IMG/VR virus record: IMGVR_UViG_3300020161_001035
Location: 1 to 32,721 of that record
Length of the DNA stretch: 32,721 bases
Source of the DNA: a virus
Taxonomy: Duplodnaviria; Caudoviricetes
Strand: one strand, 5' to 3'
Of the stretch, positions 9,462-17,151 are shown in pieces. How positions within the stretch are numbered: the first letter of the stretch is position 1; the number at the start of each line of letters is the position of its first letter. A program made the position numbers and the translations under genes. Under the pieces are notes generated by a model. That model searched no databases and had not been told where the DNA came from. It saw only the letters and a program-made list of their open reading frames with translations.

Positions 9462-10478
9462 TTATACCTTATACTTATTTCTATAGAAGGCAAATCTCTT
9501 TCTTCTATCAGCAAGACCCAACGCAGGGTCCACACCATTAATTGCTGTAGATACGTACTCGACATCGCCCCATCTATTATTTTTGCCTATGTTGGGTCGT
9601 TCTTTGTTGAAGTAGTAAATTAGTATTAATGCTGCGACCTCTTTAGTTGCTGCTAACTCTGGATTTTGCTCCAGCGGTTGGTTAAGGTACTTTCCAGCGT
9701 TTCGATAATTAATTTTCCACGTAAGTCCCAAAAATCCTCTTCCGCGATATTTCTTTCCATCTCCTGGTTGCGTATTGCCATTTAACCTCGCCCTTTTCCT
9801 ACCTTCTGGATCTATACTTGTAATATCATAACCGCTATGAGCCTTTGTCCCGTTTTTGCGTCTACCATTATTAATATAATTGTCGTCGCCCACTTCTGTC
9901 ATTTTCGTGAAGTTAGCAGATTCGTGGGCGCATTGTGCCATGATCATAGCCTTGGCAAGTGGAGTATATCCTTTTATTTTTTTACTACCATTAGCATCTA
10001 ACCAAGATTCCAAGTAAGATTCCAGATCTTTGGCATTACCACTTGGTTGTACTACATCACCGACATCGCCAGCAGAACCAGAATCCCCGCTACCTGTTGC
10101 AGCATCACCAGAAGATCCGGATCCCTCGGAAGGAGCGCAATCTGCTGATGCTAATCCTCCTGGAATTGATCCTACAGATCCAAAAAACATAGGATGTTGA
10201 CCATTTTCGCCATCGGCGAAAAATCCAACAACCCAAGAACCTTCTACTGCACCAGTCGGAGACCACCCAACACCAGAAGTACCTGCTGAGTTTGCTGGCA
10301 TGACTGGTATCGCCCATGGAAGATCTTCTGTTGGTAGAGTCTCAGTATCTTCCGTGTGATATCCAATAATTCTTACTCGACATCTACCCAGTCGTAGTGG
10401 ATCATCACGATCTTCCACCACTCCGAACCACCAATAGAAGTTTGCATTATTATTAGATGTAATATTATTCATTGCCAT
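9462..10478 (-). CDS. gp5: gp5 N-terminal OB-fold domain fused to a glycoside hydrolase family 19 (chitinase/lysozyme-like) domain
   Basis: FYWWFGVVEDRDDPLRLGRCRVRIIGYHT, LPTEDLPWA and GSWVVGFFADG (gp5 OB fold); G/S linker; AQCAHES, GNTQPGDGKKYRGRGFLGLTWKINY, ING...GLADR (GH19). Confidence 0.9.
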   Translation of the reverse strand: MAMNNITSNNNANFYWWFGVVEDRDDPLRLGRCRVRIIGYHTEDTETLPTEDLPWAIPVMPANSAGTSGVGWSPTGAVEGSWVVGFFADGENGQHPMFFGSVGSIPGGLASADCAPSEGSGSSGDAATGSGDSGSAGDVGDVVQPSGNAKDLESYLESWLDANGSKKIKGYTPLAKAMIMAQCAHESANFTKMTEVGDDNYINNGRRKNGTKAHSGYDITSIDPEGRKRARLNGNTQPGDGKKYRGRGFLGLTWKINYRNAGKYLNQPLEQNPELAATKEVAALILIYYFNKERPNIGKNNRWGDVEYVSTAINGVDPALGLADRRKRFAFYRNKYKV

Positions 10479-10481
10479 AAT

Positions 10482-12578
10482 TTAACTTCCTATCTCACTG
10501 TTAACACGTTCGAGAACCTTTGCATAACTCTTTGGATGTAATCCATCATTAGAGGGGAATTCTGATAGTCTAACAGTTTTATCGCCGTATTTAGATGCAA
10601 CACCTTGTATTTTCTGTGCAATAGTATTATCATATGGAAGAATCCAAATAACCTTTTTAGTTTGGGATTTAATAGATTCTCTTACTGCAGTTGCGTTTTC
10701 AGCAGTTTTAATATTTGGATAACCCTTATCATTTGATCCCATTGAAATAACTGTATAATCGGAACCACCCTTGGCAACATAATTTTTCTTAATTTTATCA
10801 GTATTCCAACCAACAGTAGCATTTGTTGCTGCATTCTTGGCAGAACTTCCTAGACCTTGTGCAATACTATCACCGATAAACGAACCCTTTCCAACTGGTT
10901 TTGCCGAATTCGTTGCTGGTGCTGAAGTTGCTGCTGGATCTGCCGGAGTTGCTGCAGGATCTGGTGCCGGAGTTCCTGTATTTTCTGTGTTAACTGAACC
11001 ACCAATCTCTTCGACCTCATATATTTGTTGTGCATATGAATCCTTAGAAATCTCTAAAAACATGGTATGTCTTAGTGGTGATACTTGATGGCGTATCGCA
11101 GTTATCATGTAAATACCAGATATAAATTTGTCCCATATCAATGCTTCAGAATCTTCTTTAGTTTTTTCCCCAACAGATGGATAGTATAATTTAATCATTC
11201 TACCAACTTCAGCATCTGTTCTTCCAGGAACTGTTATTTGTAATCTCAATGTGGTCAAGTCCATCAAAGAGCTATTTCTCTGTGAAACAAAATCTTCAGG
11301 GCGTAAATCGATAGAGTCTACTGTTGAATCCAACACACCAGGATTAACCGTTGAAACAAATGGTTTACTATCTGCAGAACGCATCACATTAATTGGAAAA
11401 ATCATCTTGTATTTTTTGTCGGTTTTACTAGGATCATCTCTATCAATGTCAGGGAATGTATATGCCCCTGTTGCTGGATCCAATTTTCCATCTTCCATGT
11501 GATTATATTGTTTATAGTTGAACCCATGATCATAATGATATGCAGTATATTCTTTCTTAACCATGTTGAATGAATGAATAGTACTAGCGAAATGCCCCAA
11601 GTCTTGACTTTGAAGTATATCTAAATTTGTAATAAATTCTAGTGCCTCAATTGTTTGAAATCCTTTGATCATTGAGGAAACTTTATCAAGATTTTGTAGA
11701 TTAGTATTGTATACAAACGCTGAGTAAATATCTCCGTTTTCTAACTGATTTTTAACAAGAGCTTCTATGGATGCAAAATAAAATCCTTTTGTTGTTTCAT
11801 AAAATAAAAATGTCGGAGATTTGTGTAGATTACCAATAGATCTTTTTGCTAACCAATTCAATGTTTCGATTGGTGACCACATTGGAGATACAAATGTTAT
11901 CTCTGTCTCGTGTGGAGTGTCAGCGATATACAGTTCCGTATATAATGTCTCGTCAGTTACATCTTGAGAAGATTCGGTTCCATCAGTTGTCGTCGGGACG
12001 GGTGCCGCAACAACTTCGTCTTTGCTATTGAAAAATCTTTTTGATTTCATGTTTTCTGTAAAAATCTCAGAAACAATCTCATCAGTTGTTCCTTCAAATT
12101 TTTTACTTATTTTTGTAACGTTATCAGCAGCTGCTTCTAATGAGCAAAATAGTAATTCGTAATATTGCTCTCTATCATTATTAAGTTTGCGATTTTTTAC
12201 TGCATAAACAGAGAAAGATTTCTGAATTTTGTTAATTGGATCGAATGCTCCAAGATTGCCTTTCGAATAACCACCCATCTCTCCCCATGGAGTCTGTATA
12301 TCAATAGTGAGAACTTCATCCCCGACAATCGGTAACGTTCCAACAAGATTTAAAGAATCACGAATAACCACTGATCCATGTAAAGTCGGTGAAAAAATAT
12401 CTTCATAAAGATTTATTTCCATCATAAACGGTTTTAGATCTAATGGTTGTTGTGATGAGATTACGGTTAAGTCAAGAGATGCAATAATTACATCTCCTGG
12501 TTTTGCCAATGCATCACTGACTCCTGATACCTTTTTAGTTGATGCAGATTTACTTGGATCTGCTGTCGGTTCTGCCAT
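10482..12578 (-). CDS. Baseplate hub protein (gp27-like) with a C-terminal SGNH/GDSL esterase domain
   Basis: EINLYEDIFSPTLHGSVVIRDSLNL...LPIVGDE, FLFYETTKGFYFASIE, ITVPGRT, SGIYMITAIRH; position between gp53 and gp5; after a P/A/T linker come FIGDSIA, TVG, MGSND and DGLHP (SGNH blocks I, II, III, V). Confidence 0.75.
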   Translation of the reverse strand: MAEPTADPSKSASTKKVSGVSDALAKPGDVIIASLDLTVISSQQPLDLKPFMMEINLYEDIFSPTLHGSVVIRDSLNLVGTLPIVGDEVLTIDIQTPWGEMGGYSKGNLGAFDPINKIQKSFSVYAVKNRKLNNDREQYYELLFCSLEAAADNVTKISKKFEGTTDEIVSEIFTENMKSKRFFNSKDEVVAAPVPTTTDGTESSQDVTDETLYTELYIADTPHETEITFVSPMWSPIETLNWLAKRSIGNLHKSPTFLFYETTKGFYFASIEALVKNQLENGDIYSAFVYNTNLQNLDKVSSMIKGFQTIEALEFITNLDILQSQDLGHFASTIHSFNMVKKEYTAYHYDHGFNYKQYNHMEDGKLDPATGAYTFPDIDRDDPSKTDKKYKMIFPINVMRSADSKPFVSTVNPGVLDSTVDSIDLRPEDFVSQRNSSLMDLTTLRLQITVPGRTDAEVGRMIKLYYPSVGEKTKEDSEALIWDKFISGIYMITAIRHQVSPLRHTMFLEISKDSYAQQIYEVEEIGGSVNTENTGTPAPDPAATPADPAATSAPATNSAKPVGKGSFIGDSIAQGLGSSAKNAATNATVGWNTDKIKKNYVAKGGSDYTVISMGSNDKGYPNIKTAENATAVRESIKSQTKKVIWILPYDNTIAQKIQGVASKYGDKTVRLSEFPSNDGLHPKSYAKVLERVNSEIGS

Positions 12579-12584
12579 TATTAA

Positions 12585-13097
12585 TTACCTACTAATCAAA
12601 CTCGAGTATAAAGATACGAATTCCGCCAAATATTTTGGCTCCAACATCTTTATTTCCCTCTTTGTATTATTTAGTTCTTCTTCATACTGATAATTAGAAA
12701 CAACATTAATTACGCCATTTGTTAAATCTGTGGCATCATAATCCACAATCAATGGTGGAGTATCAGTTGTTCTGTAGTGGTGGGGCAAGTAAATTCCAGT
12801 TTCACCATACTTTTTTTTGCAATATGCTATTAAATCTGAATCACCAATCGGCCATTCTTTACGCACGTCAACAATATCATTTATAGTCATTATTACCCAA
12901 TGATAGTCTGGACTATCGTAAAACTTATCAGAAACTTGCTCAATCGTAAAACCATCTGGGACAGTAATTGTTTGTAATAAAACTATATTGCTTTTGAATT
13001 TATTGAGCGAGATTCTACGAAATATATCAGTTACAAGTGTTGCTGTGTTTGGTGTGATAGTATTGACTAACAATTTGGGGAACATAGAAAAAAACAT
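12585..13097 (-). CDS. gp53: Baseplate wedge subunit gp53
   Basis: MFFSMFP, TDIFRRI, EQVSDKFYDSPDYHWVIMTINDIVDVRKEWP, SNYQYEEELNNTKREIK. Start placed at ATG 13097, just after the gp48 stop, rather than 13115. Confidence 0.9.
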   Translation of the reverse strand: MFFSMFPKLLVNTITPNTATLVTDIFRRISLNKFKSNIVLLQTITVPDGFTIEQVSDKFYDSPDYHWVIMTINDIVDVRKEWPIGDSDLIAYCKKKYGETGIYLPHHYRTTDTPPLIVDYDATDLTNGVINVVSNYQYEEELNNTKREIKMLEPKYLAEFVSLYSSLISR

Positions 13098-13098
13098 A

Positions 13099-14358
13099 TT
13101 AGTATCCCTTATCAATTCTTTCGGTAGTCAGAGTTTCCAATTCAGAGAATTGAAGTCTAACAAATGCTTCAGTCGGACAACCATTTGAGAATGTAGTAAA
13201 CCCTTCTGCACCATAATCAATAACCATGTCTGTCAACACACAGTTTGATATTTTTCTAACATATGTGTTTTCAGTACCATTGTGATAATAGATTATCATG
13301 AATTCTGATGGATATGTTAGGAAAAGTCCATTGGGACTCATGGTTGGATGCATGTGCATCGCAAATAATTTGAGTATACCTGAATCTCGGATACCATTCG
13401 TTCCTGTTGGCCATCCAAAAACCATTTCTGCCTCAGCAGCATTTCTCGGCGCGAATCTATAGTCAAATGAGAATTTTCTAAATCCCATGGATCTAAACAA
13501 TTGCTCCTTGTATGGATTTTCTACTTTCTTAGAAGTTGCTTCCAGAGCATTATTAAATTGATCAAATCCAGCGATATTCGCGATTCGCCCTGCCTTTCTC
13601 ACAAGATAATCAGCAGTTTCTGATCCTTCTTTAATCAATCCTGATAGTGATGTCTTTCCTGAAGCAAGACCACCGACGAGTGCGCCGAGATCTGCTGTTT
13701 CATAGTTTGCATTATATGCTGATCCAATTTTTTCTGGTATATGAAGAACGATTTCGTCGCTACCAATTACTAGACGTTGCTCTCCAGCGATAGCACTAGC
13801 AGCAACACCTGCTGCACCGCCCACAGCCCCACCAATGAGTGCTCCTCCAAGTCCTGCTGCCAATTTAGTAATAATAGAAACTGGACCGCCTGTGACATTC
13901 GGATTCGGATTTACTGTATTACCGCCATTTGATTTTAATCGATTACCGAGAGATACTGCAGCACCAATTCCAGTAGATGCACCTATGCCTGCGCCAAGAA
14001 TTGCACCTGCCGCTCCTACCGCCAATTCACCATTTTGTGGATCAACTCTATTTTGGTCTGTCTGGTCGAAAATTCTTCCACCACCGCTTGCCAATAATTC
14101 TTTACCTCGTTTTGTTCCTTCGCGAACAAGAGGATAGAAAACAACATAATGTGGAAACTCGTCGGAATTTCCAATATCTAACGGATAACGTCGTTGTCCG
14201 TCTTTATCCAGCGGTGTTTCTAGGAAATTAACAGGCGCAGTTCCTCTGCTGAACCTACTTTCTTTTTTCGGTTCAGGTGCCTTTGTTGGTGCAGCAGGTG
14301 TAGTTGCTCCTGGAGCAGGAGTTTGCGTAGGGGCTGCGGGTGCAGGAGTTAATGCCAT
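13099..14358 (-). CDS. gp48: Baseplate tail-tube cap gp48
   Basis: NPYKEQLFRSMGFRKFSFDYRFAPRNAAEA, YPSEFMIIY, KISNCVLTDMVIDY, LQFSELETLT. Confidence 0.85.
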   Translation of the reverse strand: MALTPAPAAPTQTPAPGATTPAAPTKAPEPKKESRFSRGTAPVNFLETPLDKDGQRRYPLDIGNSDEFPHYVVFYPLVREGTKRGKELLASGGGRIFDQTDQNRVDPQNGELAVGAAGAILGAGIGASTGIGAAVSLGNRLKSNGGNTVNPNPNVTGGPVSIITKLAAGLGGALIGGAVGGAAGVAASAIAGEQRLVIGSDEIVLHIPEKIGSAYNANYETADLGALVGGLASGKTSLSGLIKEGSETADYLVRKAGRIANIAGFDQFNNALEATSKKVENPYKEQLFRSMGFRKFSFDYRFAPRNAAEAEMVFGWPTGTNGIRDSGILKLFAMHMHPTMSPNGLFLTYPSEFMIIYYHNGTENTYVRKISNCVLTDMVIDYGAEGFTTFSNGCPTEAFVRLQFSELETLTTERIDKGY

Positions 14359-14362
14359 CTAG

Positions 14363-14370
14363 AATAAATA
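14363..14370 (+). promoter_or_regulatory. Late promoter variant AATAAATA for gp4
   Basis: One mismatch to TATAAATA, 31 nt upstream of the gp4 ATG. Confidence 0.65.
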
Positions 14371-14394
14371 TCCTATTGAGTATAGAGTTTGGAA

Positions 14395-14402
14395 TATTTA
14401 TA
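14395..14402 (-). promoter_or_regulatory. Late promoter TATAAATA for the gp48-gp53-hub-gp5 operon
   Basis: Exact consensus on the minus strand, overlapping the gp4 start codon. Confidence 0.8.
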
Positions 14403-14860
14403 TGAGTTATGGTAAGGAATCTTTGAAAGGTCTGTATAAAATACAGAATGCAAAAAAATATATTGGTAATCCAAACAACATTGTTTATCGCTCCAGTTGG
14501 GAACTGAAGTTCATGAAGTGGTGTGATAATAACGACAACATATTGGAATGGGGATCTGAAGAGTTGCCCATACCATATATCTCTCCTTTAGATAATCGAG
14601 TACATAGATATTTCGTGGATTTTTATATCAAGGTTCAAGAAAAAAGTGGTGTTACAAAGAAGTATCTGGTTGAGGTAAAACCGCAGAAGTTTACTAAAGA
14701 ACCCAAAGTTCCCGCTAGAAAAACAAAGAAGTTTCTACAGGAAGTTATGCAATGGGGTGTAAACCAAGCAAAGTGGAAATTTGCTACTGAGTTTTGTGAA
14801 GATAGAGGATGGAAATTTATCATCCTGACTGAAAAAGAGTTGGGAATCCGTAATAAATAA
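14402..14860 (+). CDS. gp4: Head completion nuclease gp4
   Basis: KYIGNPNNIVYRSSWELKFMKWCD, WGSEE, PYISPLDNRVHRYFVDF, LVEVKP, VNQAKW, ILTEKEL. Confidence 0.95.
   Translation: MSYGKESLKGLYKIQNAKKYIGNPNNIVYRSSWELKFMKWCDNNDNILEWGSEELPIPYISPLDNRVHRYFVDFYIKVQEKSGVTKKYLVEVKPQKFTKEPKVPARKTKKFLQEVMQWGVNQAKWKFATEFCEDRGWKFIILTEKELGIRNK
14852..14859 (+). promoter_or_regulatory. Candidate late promoter AATAAATA
   Basis: At the end of gp4, followed by AAGGAG and the ATG at 14875. Confidence 0.55.
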
Positions 14861-14874
14861 GAAGGAGAATATCT

Positions 14875-15030
14875 ATGGCAAAGGCAAGTGGTGGAAACAA
14901 TAAGATTTCCTTTACTAATCAGAAAAAGGGTAAGACCACAATTGGTGGCAGTGCCTCTTCGATTAAGTTTTCAACCATGAATAAACGTAAACGTGCAAAC
15001 TATAAAGCATACAGAGGACAAGGTAGGTAA
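14875..15030 (+). CDS. Small basic protein, 51 aa, ending KAYRGQGR
   Basis: Below the track cutoff. MAKASGGNNKISFTNQKKGKTTIGGSASSIKFSTMNKRKRANYKAYRGQGR; strong SD (AAGGAG); fills the gp4-gp2 gap; I recall the YRGQG ending from small proteins of T4-like phages. Confidence 0.85.
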   Translation: MAKASGGNNKISFTNQKKGKTTIGGSASSIKFSTMNKRKRANYKAYRGQGR

Positions 15031-15603
15031 TTGGCAAATCCGTTTCAGAGACTTCGTGCCAAGGCAGGTGATGGACAAAAGTCCATGGATTGGTATATGA
15101 GTAATGTGAAAAACCTCGTTGGTGCGAGGTTGTCTCAGAGCAGCGTAATGAAATCTGATATTGGTGAATTAAACTCCAATATTGAGATTGGTTCGATGTA
15201 TATGTATTTCTATGATCCAAAGTTAAAGGAAGAACTTCCTTTCTACGACACCTTCCCATTAGTGCTGCCATTTGGTCCAGCAAAAGGTGGATTCTATGGA
15301 ATCAATTTACATTATCTACCTTACCTGTTACGAGCACAAGTTCTTGGTGAGTTGTTAGATTACAAAACAACCAAGACATATTCTGAAACGACCAAGTTAC
15401 GCATGTCATACAATCTATTAAATAACTTGAAGAATGCGAATGAAGTCAAACCATGCATCAAACATTATCTGGCGAATCATGTTAATTCACAATTCTTAAA
15501 AGTCAATCCTGAAGACTGGCAAGCAGCAATATTCTTGCCGATCGAGAACTTTGTGGGTGCCACAAAGGAACAGGTATTCAGAGATTCTAGGAGCAAATTC
15601 TAA
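15031..15603 (+). CDS. gp2: DNA end protector protein gp2
   Basis: GSMYMYFYDPKLKEELPFYDTFPLVL, GFYGINLHYLP, PCIKHYLANHV, AIFLPIENF; TTG start directly after the upstream TAA. Confidence 0.92.
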   Translation: MANPFQRLRAKAGDGQKSMDWYMSNVKNLVGARLSQSSVMKSDIGELNSNIEIGSMYMYFYDPKLKEELPFYDTFPLVLPFGPAKGGFYGINLHYLPYLLRAQVLGELLDYKTTKTYSETTKLRMSYNLLNNLKNANEVKPCIKHYLANHVNSQFLKVNPEDWQAAIFLPIENFVGATKEQVFRDSRSKF

Positions 15604-16280
15604 TGGCGCAACCAACGTTCCATAACATAAATGATTTTTTAGGTCAGATTAGAAAAACTGATTTTGCGAGATCTAGTCGATTTGAAGCACTGTTTTTAGC
15701 ACCTTCGTTCATGCGCGAGCATAGAACAAGTCAAGGAGATTCTCCAAAAATAATTTCTATGATGGTTGAAGATGCAATGTTCCCAGGACTGTTGGTTGGA
15801 ACTAGACCACTAAGATTAAACAATCTAAATGAACAACGTGCAAATGCTATTGATTTTGGTGGGGATTCTATCACGTTTACGTTTTTGTGTGATACATCTT
15901 GGACCGCAAAAGATTTCTTCGGAGATTGGATGCGCAAAATTATCAATCCATACTCGAGATATGTGAGTTACCCAGATGATTACTATTCAGAAATTGATTT
16001 AGTATCTCTCAATAATGAAGACGAAGTTATTGCTCATTGGAGAATTCATGAAGCATTTCCAAGATCTATCGCACCAATAACTGTTTCTGCAACCAATTCA
16101 GAAGTTCTCAGAATGCCTGTGACTTTCGCATATAAGAGATGGGAAGTAATAAGTGCATATACACCAGAGGGCGTAGAATATAGTAATTTGAATGAATTAG
16201 ATAATACTGATGACGCTGATCAGTTTATCAATGATGTTGAATCTGACATCGCTGACATCCCAGAATTTGAAGACACTTAA
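15603..16280 (+). CDS. Tail tube initiator / tail-tube-fold protein (gp54-like)
   Basis: FARSSRFE, ITFTFLCD...FFGDWM, YPDDY, EAFPRSIAPI, MPVTFAYKRW; acidic C-terminal tail. Confidence 0.8.
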   Translation: MAQPTFHNINDFLGQIRKTDFARSSRFEALFLAPSFMREHRTSQGDSPKIISMMVEDAMFPGLLVGTRPLRLNNLNEQRANAIDFGGDSITFTFLCDTSWTAKDFFGDWMRKIINPYSRYVSYPDDYYSEIDLVSLNNEDEVIAHWRIHEAFPRSIAPITVSATNSEVLRMPVTFAYKRWEVISAYTPEGVEYSNLNELDNTDDADQFINDVESDIADIPEFEDT

Positions 16281-16297
16281 ATAATTTGGAGTAAATT

Positions 16298-16984
16298 ATG
16301 GCATTACCTACAATATCAGTACCGACATTTGACGTTGAAGTATATTCAACGAAACAAAAGGTATCAATGAGACCATTTCTCGTGAGAGAGGAAAAGATTT
16401 TGATTCTAGCGGCGGAATCAAATCAACGAGCAGATATGATTCGATCCATGCAGCAAGTTATTAATTCTTGCTCCGATGGTAAAATTGACGCAGAGAATCT
16501 ACCATTCTTTGACATACAAAACATCTTTATTAGATTACGTTCACAGTCTATCGGCAGAGACTCAGAGTTCAATTTGATTTGCGGTGAATGTGGTCACAAG
16601 ACTCCAACTATTTTGGATCTGGATCAGATTGAGTTACAGATAACTCCTGACCACAAAAATAAAATTATGATCACTGACGATATTGGTGTCATCATGAAAT
16701 ATCCAACTGCAGAAGTTTTGGTTGATGATGACTTGCCCATATTTGATTTGGTTGTATCATGTATTGATAAAATCTTCACACAAGATGAAATACATGATGC
16801 GAAGGATCAAACTACTGAAGAAATCGTAGAGTTTATCGAAGGATTAACAAGTGAACAGTTTGAGAAAATCGTAGAATTCTTTATCACTTCGCCGAAGATT
16901 TTCCACAATATCGAGTATACATGTGTAAAATGCGAAACTGAGAACACGGTGGTTGTGGAAGGTGTAGAAAATTTTTTCGGATAA
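16298..16984 (+). CDS. gp26: Baseplate hub assembly protein gp26-like (tail assembly chaperone)
   Basis: MALPTISVPTF, RPFLVREEKIL, FDIQNIFIRLRSQSIG, CGEC, GVIMKYP, CVKC, EGVENFF. Confidence 0.88.
   Translation: MALPTISVPTFDVEVYSTKQKVSMRPFLVREEKILILAAESNQRADMIRSMQQVINSCSDGKIDAENLPFFDIQNIFIRLRSQSIGRDSEFNLICGECGHKTPTILDLDQIELQITPDHKNKIMITDDIGVIMKYPTAEVLVDDDLPIFDLVVSCIDKIFTQDEIHDAKDQTTEEIVEFIEGLTSEQFEKIVEFFITSPKIFHNIEYTCVKCETENTVVVEGVENFFG
16972..16978 (+). other. Candidate -1 ribosomal frameshift heptamer T TTT TTC
   Basis: In the correct phase (AAT TTT TTC GGA TAA); the -1 frame is open into the gp51-like ORF. Confidence 0.7.
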
Positions 16985-17004
16985 CCCTTTCTCATGATAA
17001 CTTA

Positions 17005-17151
17005 ATGAATTTCTATAAAATCAACTTTATTTTAATGCATGAACATAAATACAGTTTGACTGAATTAGAGAATATGATGCCGTGGGAGAGGGAAGTTTAT
17101 ATAGGGATGCTAATGGCGCATCTTAAAAAGAAAGCAGAGAATCAGGACTAA
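17005..17151 (+). CDS. gp51: gp51-like baseplate hub assembly catalyst (48 aa from ATG; probably made as a frameshift extension of gp26)
   Basis: Not in the track. MNFYKINFILMHEHKYSLTELENMMPWEREVYIGML...; the stop overlaps the next ATG (TAATG); no evident SD. Confidence 0.85.
   Translation: MNFYKINFILMHEHKYSLTELENMMPWEREVYIGMLMAHLKKKAENQD

Noticed and set aside
4461-13097. Stop-codon recoding or a polyprotein, since gp53, hub, gp5N and gp5C share one frame
   Set aside because: Each has a normal stop and a plausible start; TAA, TAG and TGA all end intact genes in this window; 3-6-nt gaps easily give the same frame by chance.
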